Shown: in pieces, positions 6,417 to 15,182 of the stretch
Numbering within the stretch: the stretch's first letter is position 1
Layout: the number at the start of each line of letters is the position of its first letter
Source: Geotalea uraniireducens Rf4
GTDB lineage: Bacteria > Desulfobacterota > Desulfuromonadia > Geobacterales > Geobacteraceae
Length of the DNA: 32,000 nucleotides
Reading direction: 5' to 3'
Assembly (NCBI RefSeq): GCF_000016745.1
Contig: NC_009483.1
Location: 3,600,001 to 3,632,000, forward strand
Made by a program: the position numbers and the translations under genes
The notes under the pieces: generated by a model
Database searches by the model: none
What the model saw: the letters and a program-made list of their open reading frames with translations, nothing else
Told to the model about the DNA's origin: nothing

Positions 6417-7650
6417 TCACTACTGTCCCATAGTTAGTACATAAAAGAAGAGGCTCGGAGAGCTACTTGTGGCATATTCAGTTCGTCAAAACACGAATAT
6501 AAACAAGGAAATCCGAGCCGTGGCCCATTGTAACGCAGTGCTGAATCACGTGGTGACTCAAGAGACATGAATTTGAATCCCTCGCACGCAAACATCATGT
6601 AGGGAGCTGCTTCAGATCGTTCAACCGCTGGACTCAGTTTATGGCGCTGCTGGTAGGTCAGCTTTCGGGGCGTAAAACTCTGCGCGATCTGGTAGAGAAC
6701 CTGGCAGTTCAAGGCCACAAGCTGTATCACCTCGGAATGAAGAAGGTTCCCCGCACAACGCTGGCCCGGGTGAACGAGGAGCAGCCGCACCAACTGTAAG
6801 ATGCTGGGGCGATGTGAAGCCACCGCCCCCAAAGAGTCGCTTCAAGCTGAATGCAAAGCTATTTCTACTGGACGCTACGGTCATCAACCTAAACCTGAAG
6901 GTCTTTCCCTGGGCGACTTACCAGCAGAAGAAGGGAGCCATTAAGCTTCATGTTGGCCTCTCTGCCGACGGCTATTTGCCTGAATTCTTTGATATGACGA
7001 CCGGCAAGGAGCACGAAATTAACTGGGCCAGAGCCTTGAAGCTGCCGGCCGGTTCCTTCGTCATCTTTGACCGCGGGTACACCGACTACACTTGGTACCA
7101 GACCCTCGTGGAGGAGGGCATTTTCTTCGTAGCAAGGCTCAAAGACAATGCTTTCGTCGAGTACTTCAAGAAACGGCGTGACAAATAAGCCAAAGGTGTT
7201 GTTGACCAGGAAGTCGCGCTTAAGGGCATCAAAGAGAGACTGCGGTTCGTGCAGTTCAACGCCGAAGACGGTAACGAGTACCGGTTCATCACCAACGTGC
7301 ACCACCCGAAGGCCGACGTCATTGCAGAGCTTTATCATTGCAGAGCTTTACAAGCAGCGGTGGCAGATAGAGTTGTTCTTCAAGTGGATCAAGCAGAACT
7401 TGAAGGTGAAGACGTTCCTGGGGACTTCCGAGAACGCTGTGCAGACTCAACTCTGGATCGCAATGTGCGTCTATCTGCTGCTCGCATGGCTGAAGTTCAA
7501 ATCAAAGCTTGGGCTGTCAGCGCAGCAGATGTTGCGATTATTACAACTGAATTTGTTCGCACGGCGGAATCTGGAACACCTATTTCGACCACCTCAAATT
7601 ACGCCAAACCCACAGCTGGCGCTGCTTTGAAAGCTATGGGACAGCAGTGT
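6417..7650 (+). mobile_element. IS4-family insertion sequence, decayed
   Basis: Terminal inverted repeats are tcactaCTGTCCCATAGtt (6417-6435) and the reverse complement of 7632-7650, acactgCTGTCCCATAGct (16/19 match). They enclose a DDE transposase reading frame. No clear target-site duplication was seen. Confidence 0.75.
6469..7630 (+). pseudogene. IS4-family DDE transposase with at least five lesions
   Basis: The start is GGAGAG-N6-GTG (6469). Family-typical pieces are HEFESLARKHHVGSCFRSFNRWTQFMALLVGQLSGRKTLRDL, LLDATVINLNLKVFPWA, FVIFDRGYTDY and AELYKQRWQIELFFKWIKQNLKVKTF. Lesions are: a frameshift near 6553; a stop or deletion at 6797-6799; a frameshift in the C-run near 6826-6832; an in-frame TAA at 7186-7188; and a 16-bp tandem duplication at 7320-7351. 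Confidence 0.8.
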
Positions 7651-8332
7651 GGTGTCACATAAGTGAACAATGCCTCTGTTTTGCTGTCTGATCCGCGCAT
7701 AACATTCCTCAACAATAGCAGTGAGTTACGCGCGGCAATATATCATAAAATAGCTGTTTTATCTATTTGAATTTCAACAACCTGCTTGGGCGAAGCAACG
7801 GAGAAAGAACTGGGGATTGCCATATAACCCGAGAAGGACGCAGCGGAATCTGAAGAGTGGCAATCCAGGGAGCGTATGCGATTCTCGGGAGCAAGAGCGC
7901 CGAAAGCAGCTTGCTGCGGCAGTTGCATGAACGTGTATCAAGGCAGAGAGGAAAAGAAGTGCTCTGGTAGGGTTAGTCAGGAGGATGCTGCAGGTCTATT
8001 TTTTTTACGTGATCCGCGCAGATCTGAGTATCAACTCCTTCACAATATCAGCGAGAATTATGAAAAACAAAGAGCCTGAGAAAGCATGAATCTGCAGGAG
8101 GCAACGATTAGCCCTCATATTTTCATTGGTTACAAAACTGGCTTGGAGAATGGGCGTGCTAACAGCATCAGTAAGGTGGGCCGCTTTGAGCGTGAGATCC
8201 GAATGGTATGGCGGGGTCCCTTATATGACGATGAATCCTAATGGCTGAATGATAGATAATGAAAATATGAAGAAACAAGAAGAGTGTTTATAAACTGTGT
8301 GCTTGGCATAAGCACCATTCATTGGAGGTAAT

Positions 8333-9676
8333 ATGAAAATTTTGTTAGTTCAACCCAGAGCTCATAAGATACCGAAAGGGCAAGGTGCCAGGTTTAACAT
8401 TCCGCCGTGGTCCCTCTGCGCTATCGCTGGGCTGACTCCTGAGAAGCACGAGATCGAGATAATCGACGAATTACATGATGACATCAATTTTGACGAGAAA
8501 AACCTGGGGTTAGTTGGAATAACCGCAGCCACCGCTGCCGTAAAACGTGGCTATGAGATAGCTGATGAATTTCGCAAAAGAGGCGTAAAAGTCGTAATGG
8601 GTGGGATACATGTTACAGCAATGCCTGAGGAGGCCCTGGAACATTGTGATGCCGTTGCAATCGGTGAAGCAGAACTGATCTGGGAAAAGATCCTGGAAGA
8701 CGCAGAAAACAATTGTCTGAAACCGACCTACAAAGCAGATGTGTATTTCGATATGAAAAACATGAAAAAGCCAAGATTTGACCTGATAAATCATCGGGAA
8801 AGATATCTATGCTACCAGTTTGTGCAGACAACCCGGGGTTGTCCGTTCAACTGTGAATTTTGCTCGGCAACAAAGTTTTGGGGAAATAAATACAGGTATC
8901 GCCCTATCGATGAAGTGATTGAAGAACTAAAGACCTTTGATAGAACGCAGAGGGTATTCATTGTCGATGACCACATTGGAGCAAATCCTGCGCACGCGAA
9001 AGAATTATTCGACAAACTAACCCCGCTTAAAATGAGCTGGGCCAGTCAAACAGGCGTAAAAACTGCTCTCAGAGAAGGCTTTTTGAAACATGCTGCTGAA
9101 AGTGGATGCAAGCATTTGTTTATCGGTTTTGAATCAATCAACGAAGAGAGCTTGAAAAACTCCAACAAGAAGCAGAATGACCCCAAGGAATTTAAGAAGA
9201 TTGTTGAAGAAGCTCATAAGTACGGAATTCTGATTCAAGGAGCTTTTGTCATCGGCTTGGATGACGACAAAGCTGATATTTTCAAAAGATTGCACCGCTT
9301 TGTGGAGGAGATGAAATTCGATCATATTCAATTCAACGTCCCGTATCCCTATCCCGGGACTGCACTACAAGAGCGCCTTATCAAAGAAAACAGAATAACT
9401 AGCTTTGATTACGACAATTACGTATATGACGGGATCAATTTCATTCCTAAGAACATGACTCAAGAAGAGTTACACAAAGGCTACAGGTGGCTTTACCAGA
9501 AAAACTCCTCGATATGGATTTTATTTAAGAGGAGCATGAGAAAGGTGTTACGAGGTCAGTTCCTTCTGGCCATTTTAGCTCTTTTCATCAATCTCGGAAC
9601 CAGACGCGGATATCTGTTCATGAAAAAATGCGGCAATGAATACAACCCGATTAAGTATCCTGACACAACTGCCTAA
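8333..9676 (+). CDS. B12-binding-domain radical SAM protein (class B rSAM)
   Basis: GGAGG lies 5 nt before the ATG. The N-terminal cobalamin-binding-like Rossmann region is KILLVQP...LVGITAATAAVKRGYEIADEFRKRGVKVVMGGIHVT. The radical SAM cluster motif is CPFNCEFC (codons 8840-8863). GC is about 40% by hand count. Confidence 0.9.
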   Translation: MKILLVQPRAHKIPKGQGARFNIPPWSLCAIAGLTPEKHEIEIIDELHDDINFDEKNLGLVGITAATAAVKRGYEIADEFRKRGVKVVMGGIHVTAMPEEALEHCDAVAIGEAELIWEKILEDAENNCLKPTYKADVYFDMKNMKKPRFDLINHRERYLCYQFVQTTRGCPFNCEFCSATKFWGNKYRYRPIDEVIEELKTFDRTQRVFIVDDHIGANPAHAKELFDKLTPLKMSWASQTGVKTALREGFLKHAAESGCKHLFIGFESINEESLKNSNKKQNDPKEFKKIVEEAHKYGILIQGAFVIGLDDDKADIFKRLHRFVEEMKFDHIQFNVPYPYPGTALQERLIKENRITSFDYDNYVYDGINFIPKNMTQEELHKGYRWLYQKNSSIWILFKRSMRKVLRGQFLLAILALFINLGTRRGYLFMKKCGNEYNPIKYPDTTA

Positions 9677-9928
9677 CAAGGCACCGGTCTCAATCGACGA
9701 CCATGAAGGATCACCCACCCGGCAGGCATCGAGGGCAGGTGTTTTTTTCGAGAGAGAAGCGACGGGCGGCATAGAAACATACGAAGGGATGCACTGAAGG
9801 GCTTTCACGCATATGCAACTGCCAGGCTGGATGACTAACCGAGCGCGATTACTCGCACTCCAGGGAAGGGGCAGCATATTAACGATCAGTCACAGGGTCG
9901 TATATTAGGCTGGTTTTGAGGTGGTTTA

Positions 9929-11215
9929 ATGCATCGACTGCTTTTGTTGTGCCTTGGGGTTCTTGTTCTTCCTGGGGTGACCCTAGCACTTACGCTGGAT
10001 GAAGGACTGAAAATAGTGGCTGAGATGGGACGTGATGTCAAGATCGCCCGCGCCTACGAAGACGCGGCCCAAGGAGGTGTACGGCTTTCTCGTTCAGCAT
10101 TACTTCCCCGAATAGACGCGTATGTAAACCAGACCTGGCTCAGACACCAGCCCCAGGCAAGAATATCCTTTGCGGGAAGCACGGTTACTGCCGCCAACGC
10201 TAACAAGGATTTCCTATCCTATGGCGTTATCGCCACACAGATTTTATATGACTTCGGGAAAACCTCCTCATCCATCAGTGCGGCAAAGTACGCTCTTAAG
10301 GCAAAGGAGATCGAGACTCAGCGTGCCCGAAACCGGTCAGCGTTGGACTTCACCATCGTATATTACGACCTGTTGGAGGCGGAAAAGCTTCTGCAGGTGG
10401 CACACGAGGACGTGCAGCGCTATGCGGCGCACAAAAAAGACGCCGATGCGCGCTTCGGCAGAGGAGTTGTCACGCGGAACGAGGCCTTGAAGCCGACGTC
10501 AAGATGGCTGATGCGCGCCAGCGGTACCTGATTGCGGACAATCGTCGGTCCTTCCGCGCGTCGTGTCTGAACAGCTTGCTTCTGCGGCCCCTAAACGATG
10601 CTGTACAGCCCGTAGAGGTCGCTAAGACCCCTTCGGCAGGCATCACTCTCGAACAAGCATGGACAACGGCAGAGACAGAGAGCCCCGAAATCAGGGTGAT
10701 CGATGCGGAGATCCAGGAGCAAGTAGAAAATTTAAAGTCTATACGTGCCGAGTATCTCCCGGACCTGTTTCTTCAGGGAGGATATCAGCACCAGGATAAT
10801 TCGTACGTTGTGCACGAGGACAACTGGTCGATGATCGCAGGCCTGACGTCAACCTTTCCTCCGGCGGGGCTACCAGCGCAAAAATGGCCACGGGAAAGGC
10901 AGAGCTTTCAGCTTTGCAGCTCACCAGGGAGCAGGTCGTTGACGCAGTGCGGCTTGACGTCAAAAACGCCCACCAAGACCTGCAAAGCTTTGCGCAGCGG
11001 ATCGAGGTCATGAAAACCTCGGTTGGTCAAGCAGAGGAAAACCTGCGTCTCCAGCGGCTGCGCTACCAGGAGGGCGTGGGAACAGCCATTGAGGTCCTAC
11101 GTTGCTATCAACCGCGCAGACCGACTGGTGGCGGGCACAATACGACTTCGAACGGGCCGAGGCCGGATTGTTATATGCCATGGGCAAAGAGTTCAGGAGA
11201 ATGTACAAAAGCTGA
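9929..11215 (+). pseudogene. TolC-like outer membrane efflux protein, disrupted by three frameshifts
   Basis: There is a signal peptide, MHRLLLLCLGVLVLPGVTLA. TolC-family sequence continues across four frames: ...ARFGRGVVTRNEAL / LEADVKMADARQRYLIADN...NWSMIAGL / VNLSSGGATSAKMATGKAELSALQLTREQ...GVGTAIEVL / TLLSTAQTDWWRAQYDFERAEAGLLYAMGKEFRRMYKS (stop 11213-11215). The shifts are near 10485, 10845 and 11097. Confidence 0.75.
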
Positions 11216-11297
11216 AACCAGCTCAAGCTCGATCTCAAATTGATTCCAAGCTATTGAAATGAGCCATGGGTACCCATTTCTTAGGAGAAGTTAGAAA

Positions 11298-12302
11298 ATG
11301 GCAGAAGAGCAGAACGGAAATAGTCGGAAAAAGAAGAAAGCTTTCGCGATAGTCAGTGTCATTGTGGTCATTTGCCTGATCGCAACCTATTTCTATTCGT
11401 CATACCGCAAGACGCATATCTCCACCGACGACGCCTTTATTGATGGCAACATCCATACGATCGCCGCGAAGATTAACGGCACCGTGAAGTCGGTCAATGT
11501 CACGGACAACCAGCCGGTAAAAAAAGGCAGTCTCCTGATAGAACTCGATCCCGTAGATTATTCCGTGCGACTTCAGGAAGCAGCGTCCGCCGTGGGTGCG
11601 GAACGGGCCAAGTTCTCCGAGGCCGACACGAGGATTTCGGCGGCTAAAGCTACCCTTGATCTGCAGCGGGCTAACTTTAAGTTTGCAGAAATCGAAAAGA
11701 ACCGTGCGGAGAACCTGTACCAAAAAGAGGTCTACTCACGCGTCCAATACGAACGCGCCATGACTGCGTATGAGGTTACCGCGGCCCAAGTAAAAGGAGC
11801 GGAAGAACAGCTCAGGAACACGGAATCGCAGAAGTTGACCCAATCGTTCACCATCGACGAAAAAAAAGCCACCGCCGCAATGGCCGCGCTCAATTACAAT
11901 TACACGAAAATTTACGCGCCGGTGGACGGGTACGTCACCAAAAAATCCGTGCAGCTCGGCAACCAGATCCAGGCGGGTCAGCCGCTCATGGCGATGGTGG
12001 GGTCGAACGAAATCTGGCTGACCGCCAATTTCAAGGAAACCCAGATTGAATATATCCGCCCGGGCCAGACTGTTGAATTCTCGGTGGACTCGTATCCCGG
12101 TAGAAAGTTCAAGGGAAAAGTCGACAGCATCATGCCAGGAACCGGTGTGACTTTTTCGGCCTTCCCCGCGGAAAACGCAACAGGGAATTACGTGAAGGTC
12201 GTACAGCGTATCCCGGTAAAGATCGTCGTCACGGAAGGCATGGACAAAAAACACGTGCTGCGGATCGGCATGTCCGCGGAGCCCACGGTACTGGCAAAAT
12301 GA
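11298..12302 (+). CDS. HlyD/EmrA-family membrane fusion protein
   Basis: AGGAGAAG SD. It has one N-terminal TM helix (FAIVSVIVVICLIATYFY), then TDDAFIDGNIHTIAAKINGTVKSVNVTDNQPVKKGSLLIELDP (lipoyl-like), a coiled coil, and YTKIYAPVDGYVTKKSVQLGNQIQAGQPLMAMV. This is typical of EmrA-like proteins. Confidence 0.9.
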   Translation: MAEEQNGNSRKKKKAFAIVSVIVVICLIATYFYSSYRKTHISTDDAFIDGNIHTIAAKINGTVKSVNVTDNQPVKKGSLLIELDPVDYSVRLQEAASAVGAERAKFSEADTRISAAKATLDLQRANFKFAEIEKNRAENLYQKEVYSRVQYERAMTAYEVTAAQVKGAEEQLRNTESQKLTQSFTIDEKKATAAMAALNYNYTKIYAPVDGYVTKKSVQLGNQIQAGQPLMAMVGSNEIWLTANFKETQIEYIRPGQTVEFSVDSYPGRKFKGKVDSIMPGTGVTFSAFPAENATGNYVKVVQRIPVKIVVTEGMDKKHVLRIGMSAEPTVLAK

Positions 12303-13819
12303 ATCCATGGCTTGTTGCACTGACCGTGATGATTCCCTGCCTGATCGAGATCATCGACACCTCGATCGTGAATGTGTCGCTCGGCCACATTCGAGGATCG
12401 CTCTCGGCGAGTTTTGATGAATCCACCTGGGCCATTACCGCCTATCTCGTGTCGAATGCCATAGTGATTCCCATGGCAGCCTGGCTCTCCCGGCTCATCG
12501 GTAGAAAAAACTATCTCCTCAGCTCCATCGTATTGTTCACCTTTAGCTCATTCATGTGTGGCTCGGCCTGGAGCCTGCAGAGCCTGGTATTCTTCCGGAT
12601 CGTCCAGGGCATCGGCGGCGGCGGGCTCATTCCGCTCTCCCAGTCCATCCTGCTGGAGAGTTTCCCGCGTGAAAAGCACGGCACAGCAATGGCCATCTTC
12701 GGCATGGGAGCCATGCTGGGCCCCATCGTGGGCCCCTTGCTCGGCGGGTGGATTACCGACACCTGGTCCTGGCGCTGGATATTCTATATCAACATCCCCA
12801 TCGGCATCCTTTCCATTATCCTGAATATCGTTGTGATCCATGATCCGCCTTACATGAAGCGGCAGAAAATGAAGATCGATTATTGGGGACTCATTTTTCT
12901 TTCAGTGGGACTCGGGTCGCTCCAGCTCATTCTTGACAAAGGAGAGCGGGAGGACTGGTTTGCTTCCGATCTGATACTGACGTTCGGCGTTATTGCAGTG
13001 GTGGCACTTGTTCTGCTGGTGATCAACGAATACTACGCGGACCGCCCGATCGTGAATCTGAAATTACTTAGGGACCGGACATTCACCAGTGGGTGCATGG
13101 TACTATTCTTTGTATTTTTGAACCTTTTCGGGGGGATAGTGCTGCTGCCCATCTTCCTGCAAATGCTGATGGGTTACACGTCAATGGACGCGGGCCTGGT
13201 GCTCGGCCCGGGCGGAATCGCCTCCATGATCGCCATGCCGATAACAGGCAAACTCGTGAGTGTAGTCGATCCAAAGCGCATCCTTGCCGTGGGCGTGTCC
13301 GTCTGCGCTCTTAGCACCTATATGATGTCGCAGTTCAACCTCGCCACGGATTTTTGGACCTTTGTCTTGCCCCGGGTGGCCAGCGGTTTGGGAATGGGAC
13401 TCACGTTTATTCCGCTCACGACCATGACGCTGTCTCATATACCGCGTGAAGACATGACCGAAGCAACTTCCCTGTACAACCTGATCCGCAACCTGGGCGC
13501 CAGCGTGGGCATTGCGCTGTCGGCAACCATAGTCTCACGCCAGGCACAATTGCATCAGAATCGGCTTGCGAGTCACTTGTCTCCGTTTGATTCCAGATAC
13601 ACCTCTTACCATGACAGTATTGCAAAATTTTTGGGCGTGCAGGGAATATCACCTGCTGGCGCTGATGGTGTGATCTACCGGGAACTAGTCCGGCAATCTA
13701 CGGCGCAGGGGTTCAACGATGCATTTCTGATAATGAGTTTGCTAACCCTGTGCATTCTTCCGTTCGTATTTCTCATGCGGCGCACTGATGCACCCACTGG
13801 ACCGCCATCAGTGCACTGA
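12299..13819 (+). CDS. MFS transporter, DHA2 (EmrB/QacA) family, 14-TM type
   Basis: ATGA overlap with the upstream gene. Typical motifs are LDTSIVNV-like (IIDTSIVNVSLGHI), GRKNYLLSSIVLFTFSSFMCG and RIVQGIGGGGLIP. The length of 506 aa fits the family. Confidence 0.9.
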   Translation: MNPWLVALTVMIPCLIEIIDTSIVNVSLGHIRGSLSASFDESTWAITAYLVSNAIVIPMAAWLSRLIGRKNYLLSSIVLFTFSSFMCGSAWSLQSLVFFRIVQGIGGGGLIPLSQSILLESFPREKHGTAMAIFGMGAMLGPIVGPLLGGWITDTWSWRWIFYINIPIGILSIILNIVVIHDPPYMKRQKMKIDYWGLIFLSVGLGSLQLILDKGEREDWFASDLILTFGVIAVVALVLLVINEYYADRPIVNLKLLRDRTFTSGCMVLFFVFLNLFGGIVLLPIFLQMLMGYTSMDAGLVLGPGGIASMIAMPITGKLVSVVDPKRILAVGVSVCALSTYMMSQFNLATDFWTFVLPRVASGLGMGLTFIPLTTMTLSHIPREDMTEATSLYNLIRNLGASVGIALSATIVSRQAQLHQNRLASHLSPFDSRYTSYHDSIAKFLGVQGISPAGADGVIYRELVRQSTAQGFNDAFLIMSLLTLCILPFVFLMRRTDAPTGPPSVH

Positions 13820-13914
13820 CGCAGACTAAAATGCAGGATGATCAGACATGGCTCCGCCGAGGTAATCATCCGGCACTTTAGCACCGTCTTCGAACAGCGG
13901 CAGAATGTGGGCGG

Positions 13915-15147
13915 TCAACCATTGACAGGTGTCACTTCTCTTAAATCGAAATACCCATTATAGCCTTTCATATAAACTGCGGCGCGATGACCGAATAGCA
14001 GAATTGCTTCGGTTTTGGTTTCCAACTCAATATCATAAATATCCGAGGTAACCCTTTTCCCCACCGAATAGGTTTGGTTCCAGCGCTCAACGAGTTCTTG
14101 ACCATTAAGTGAGGGGTTTTTGAGTGCTGTTGTCTTTTCAGCGTCGCAATCTGGTATAGAAATTTTGGCAGCTGTTTCTCTGATGGGCATCGGTTCTTCG
14201 CTAATATCTGCGGCTTTAACGATTGGATTGGAATTCTCGACTTTATCAGCGCCTGATTCGACTTTTTGTTCAGGTAGTTCCTTAGAGCTTTCCCTAGCGG
14301 AGGCCCAATCTCTCTTAATAGAGACGACTAACTTGGTGAGAACGTCTCCTACACCTACTTCCAAAAATTCCATATCACCTTGTTCTAACAAATACATAAC
14401 ACTGTCATTCCATCTAACGCTGCTAGTGATCTGGCGAGTCAGGTTTTGGACGACTGCTTTTGAGTCGTATGGCGTCGCTGTCACATTGGATATTACTGGG
14501 ATTTGCGGCTCTAAAAGGGTAAAGCTGTCAACGTATTCTTTAAATTCCTTCTCAGCTTGTTCCATATAACGGGAATGAAAGGCTCCATTGGTGTTAAGTG
14601 GAATAAACATGATTTTTGCTTTTTCAAAAAACTGTTGAGAGTTATTGATATCTTCCTTCAATCCGGAAATGACAATTTGAGCTGAACTGTTAAGGTTTGC
14701 GATATCGATGGTGGACAGATTCGCATCTTGCAAAATCTTGAGAATTTCATTTTCCGTAGAGTTTATAATAGCGGCCATCCCACCATTTCTGGCTTGCCCC
14801 ATCAACTCCCCTCTTTTCTTAACAAGTCTGACACCATCTTCAAAACTAAATACTCCAGCAGCCTGGAGCGCGTTATACTCACCTAAACTATGTCCGGTTA
14901 AAAAATCCGGCTTTTCACCAGTATCTTGTGTCTTTCCTACATATGACAATGCATTCACAATATACATTGCAGGTTGCGTATACTCGGTCTTATTCAGCTT
15001 ATGTTCCGGATCGTTCAGACAAAGATCCTTGATCGAATATCCCAATATGCTATCCGCCATATTGGTCATAGCCGGGAAACGATCAAAAAGACCCTCACCC
15101 ATTCCTTTTCGTTGGGAGCCTTGACCTGGGAACATGTACGTCTTCAT
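13915..15147 (-). CDS. Free-standing (trans-acting) acyltransferase, malonyl-CoA:ACP transacylase type, with C-terminal extension
   Basis: GGAGGA lies 5 nt before the ATG at 15145-15147 (the track start at 15159 is less likely). Motifs are FPGQGSQ, GHSLGE (Ser codon 14887-14889) and GAFHS (malonyl-type). The core ends near ...GDVLTKLVVSIKRD, followed by about 130 extra residues. Confidence 0.9.
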   Translation of the reverse strand: MKTYMFPGQGSQRKGMGEGLFDRFPAMTNMADSILGYSIKDLCLNDPEHKLNKTEYTQPAMYIVNALSYVGKTQDTGEKPDFLTGHSLGEYNALQAAGVFSFEDGVRLVKKRGELMGQARNGGMAAIINSTENEILKILQDANLSTIDIANLNSSAQIVISGLKEDINNSQQFFEKAKIMFIPLNTNGAFHSRYMEQAEKEFKEYVDSFTLLEPQIPVISNVTATPYDSKAVVQNLTRQITSSVRWNDSVMYLLEQGDMEFLEVGVGDVLTKLVVSIKRDWASARESSKELPEQKVESGADKVENSNPIVKAADISEEPMPIRETAAKISIPDCDAEKTTALKNPSLNGQELVERWNQTYSVGKRVTSDIYDIELETKTEAILLFGHRAAVYMKGYNGYFDLREVTPVNG

Positions 15148-15182
15148 ATTTTCCTCCATAATATAGAGTTACTTTTATAAAA

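Noticed and set aside
6434-7338. Minus-strand ORFs 6434..6832, 6639..6887, 6889..7338, 7086..7322
   Set aside because: They are antisense to the recognisable IS4 transposase reading frames. The plus strand carries all the family motifs.
7690-8055. Imperfect direct repeat of about 40 nt (7690-7725 versus 8011-8055, starting gatccgcgca)
   Set aside because: Only about 75-80% identity with an 11-nt indel, and no associated structure or coding signal. It may be a remnant of a duplicated gene end, but it is too weak to call.
8130-8330. Possible sigma-54 promoter upstream of the rSAM gene (TGGCTT.../TGGCAT... strings)
   Set aside because: Neither occurrence has the TTGC element at the required 5-nt spacing after the GG.
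9690-9745. T7 run after cacccggcaggcatcgagggcaggtg as a terminator for the rSAM gene
   Set aside because: I could find only a 4-bp stem with a long loop, so it is not convincing as an intrinsic terminator.
11736-12435. Minus-strand ORFs 11736..12320 (194 aa), 12188..12388 and 12229..12435
   Set aside because: They are antisense to the HlyD and MFS genes. They are high-GC shadow frames without motifs.
13836-13871. Hairpin ggatgat...atcatcc in the convergent gap between the MFS and AT genes
   Set aside because: It has a 7-bp stem, a 22-nt loop and no U/A run on either strand.
15148-15159. ATG at 15157-15159 as the AT start, and ATG at 19014-19016 as the start of the second PKS gene
   Set aside because: In both cases a downstream ATG has a strong, correctly spaced SD (GGAGGA and GGGGAGAG) and coincides with the start of domain homology.
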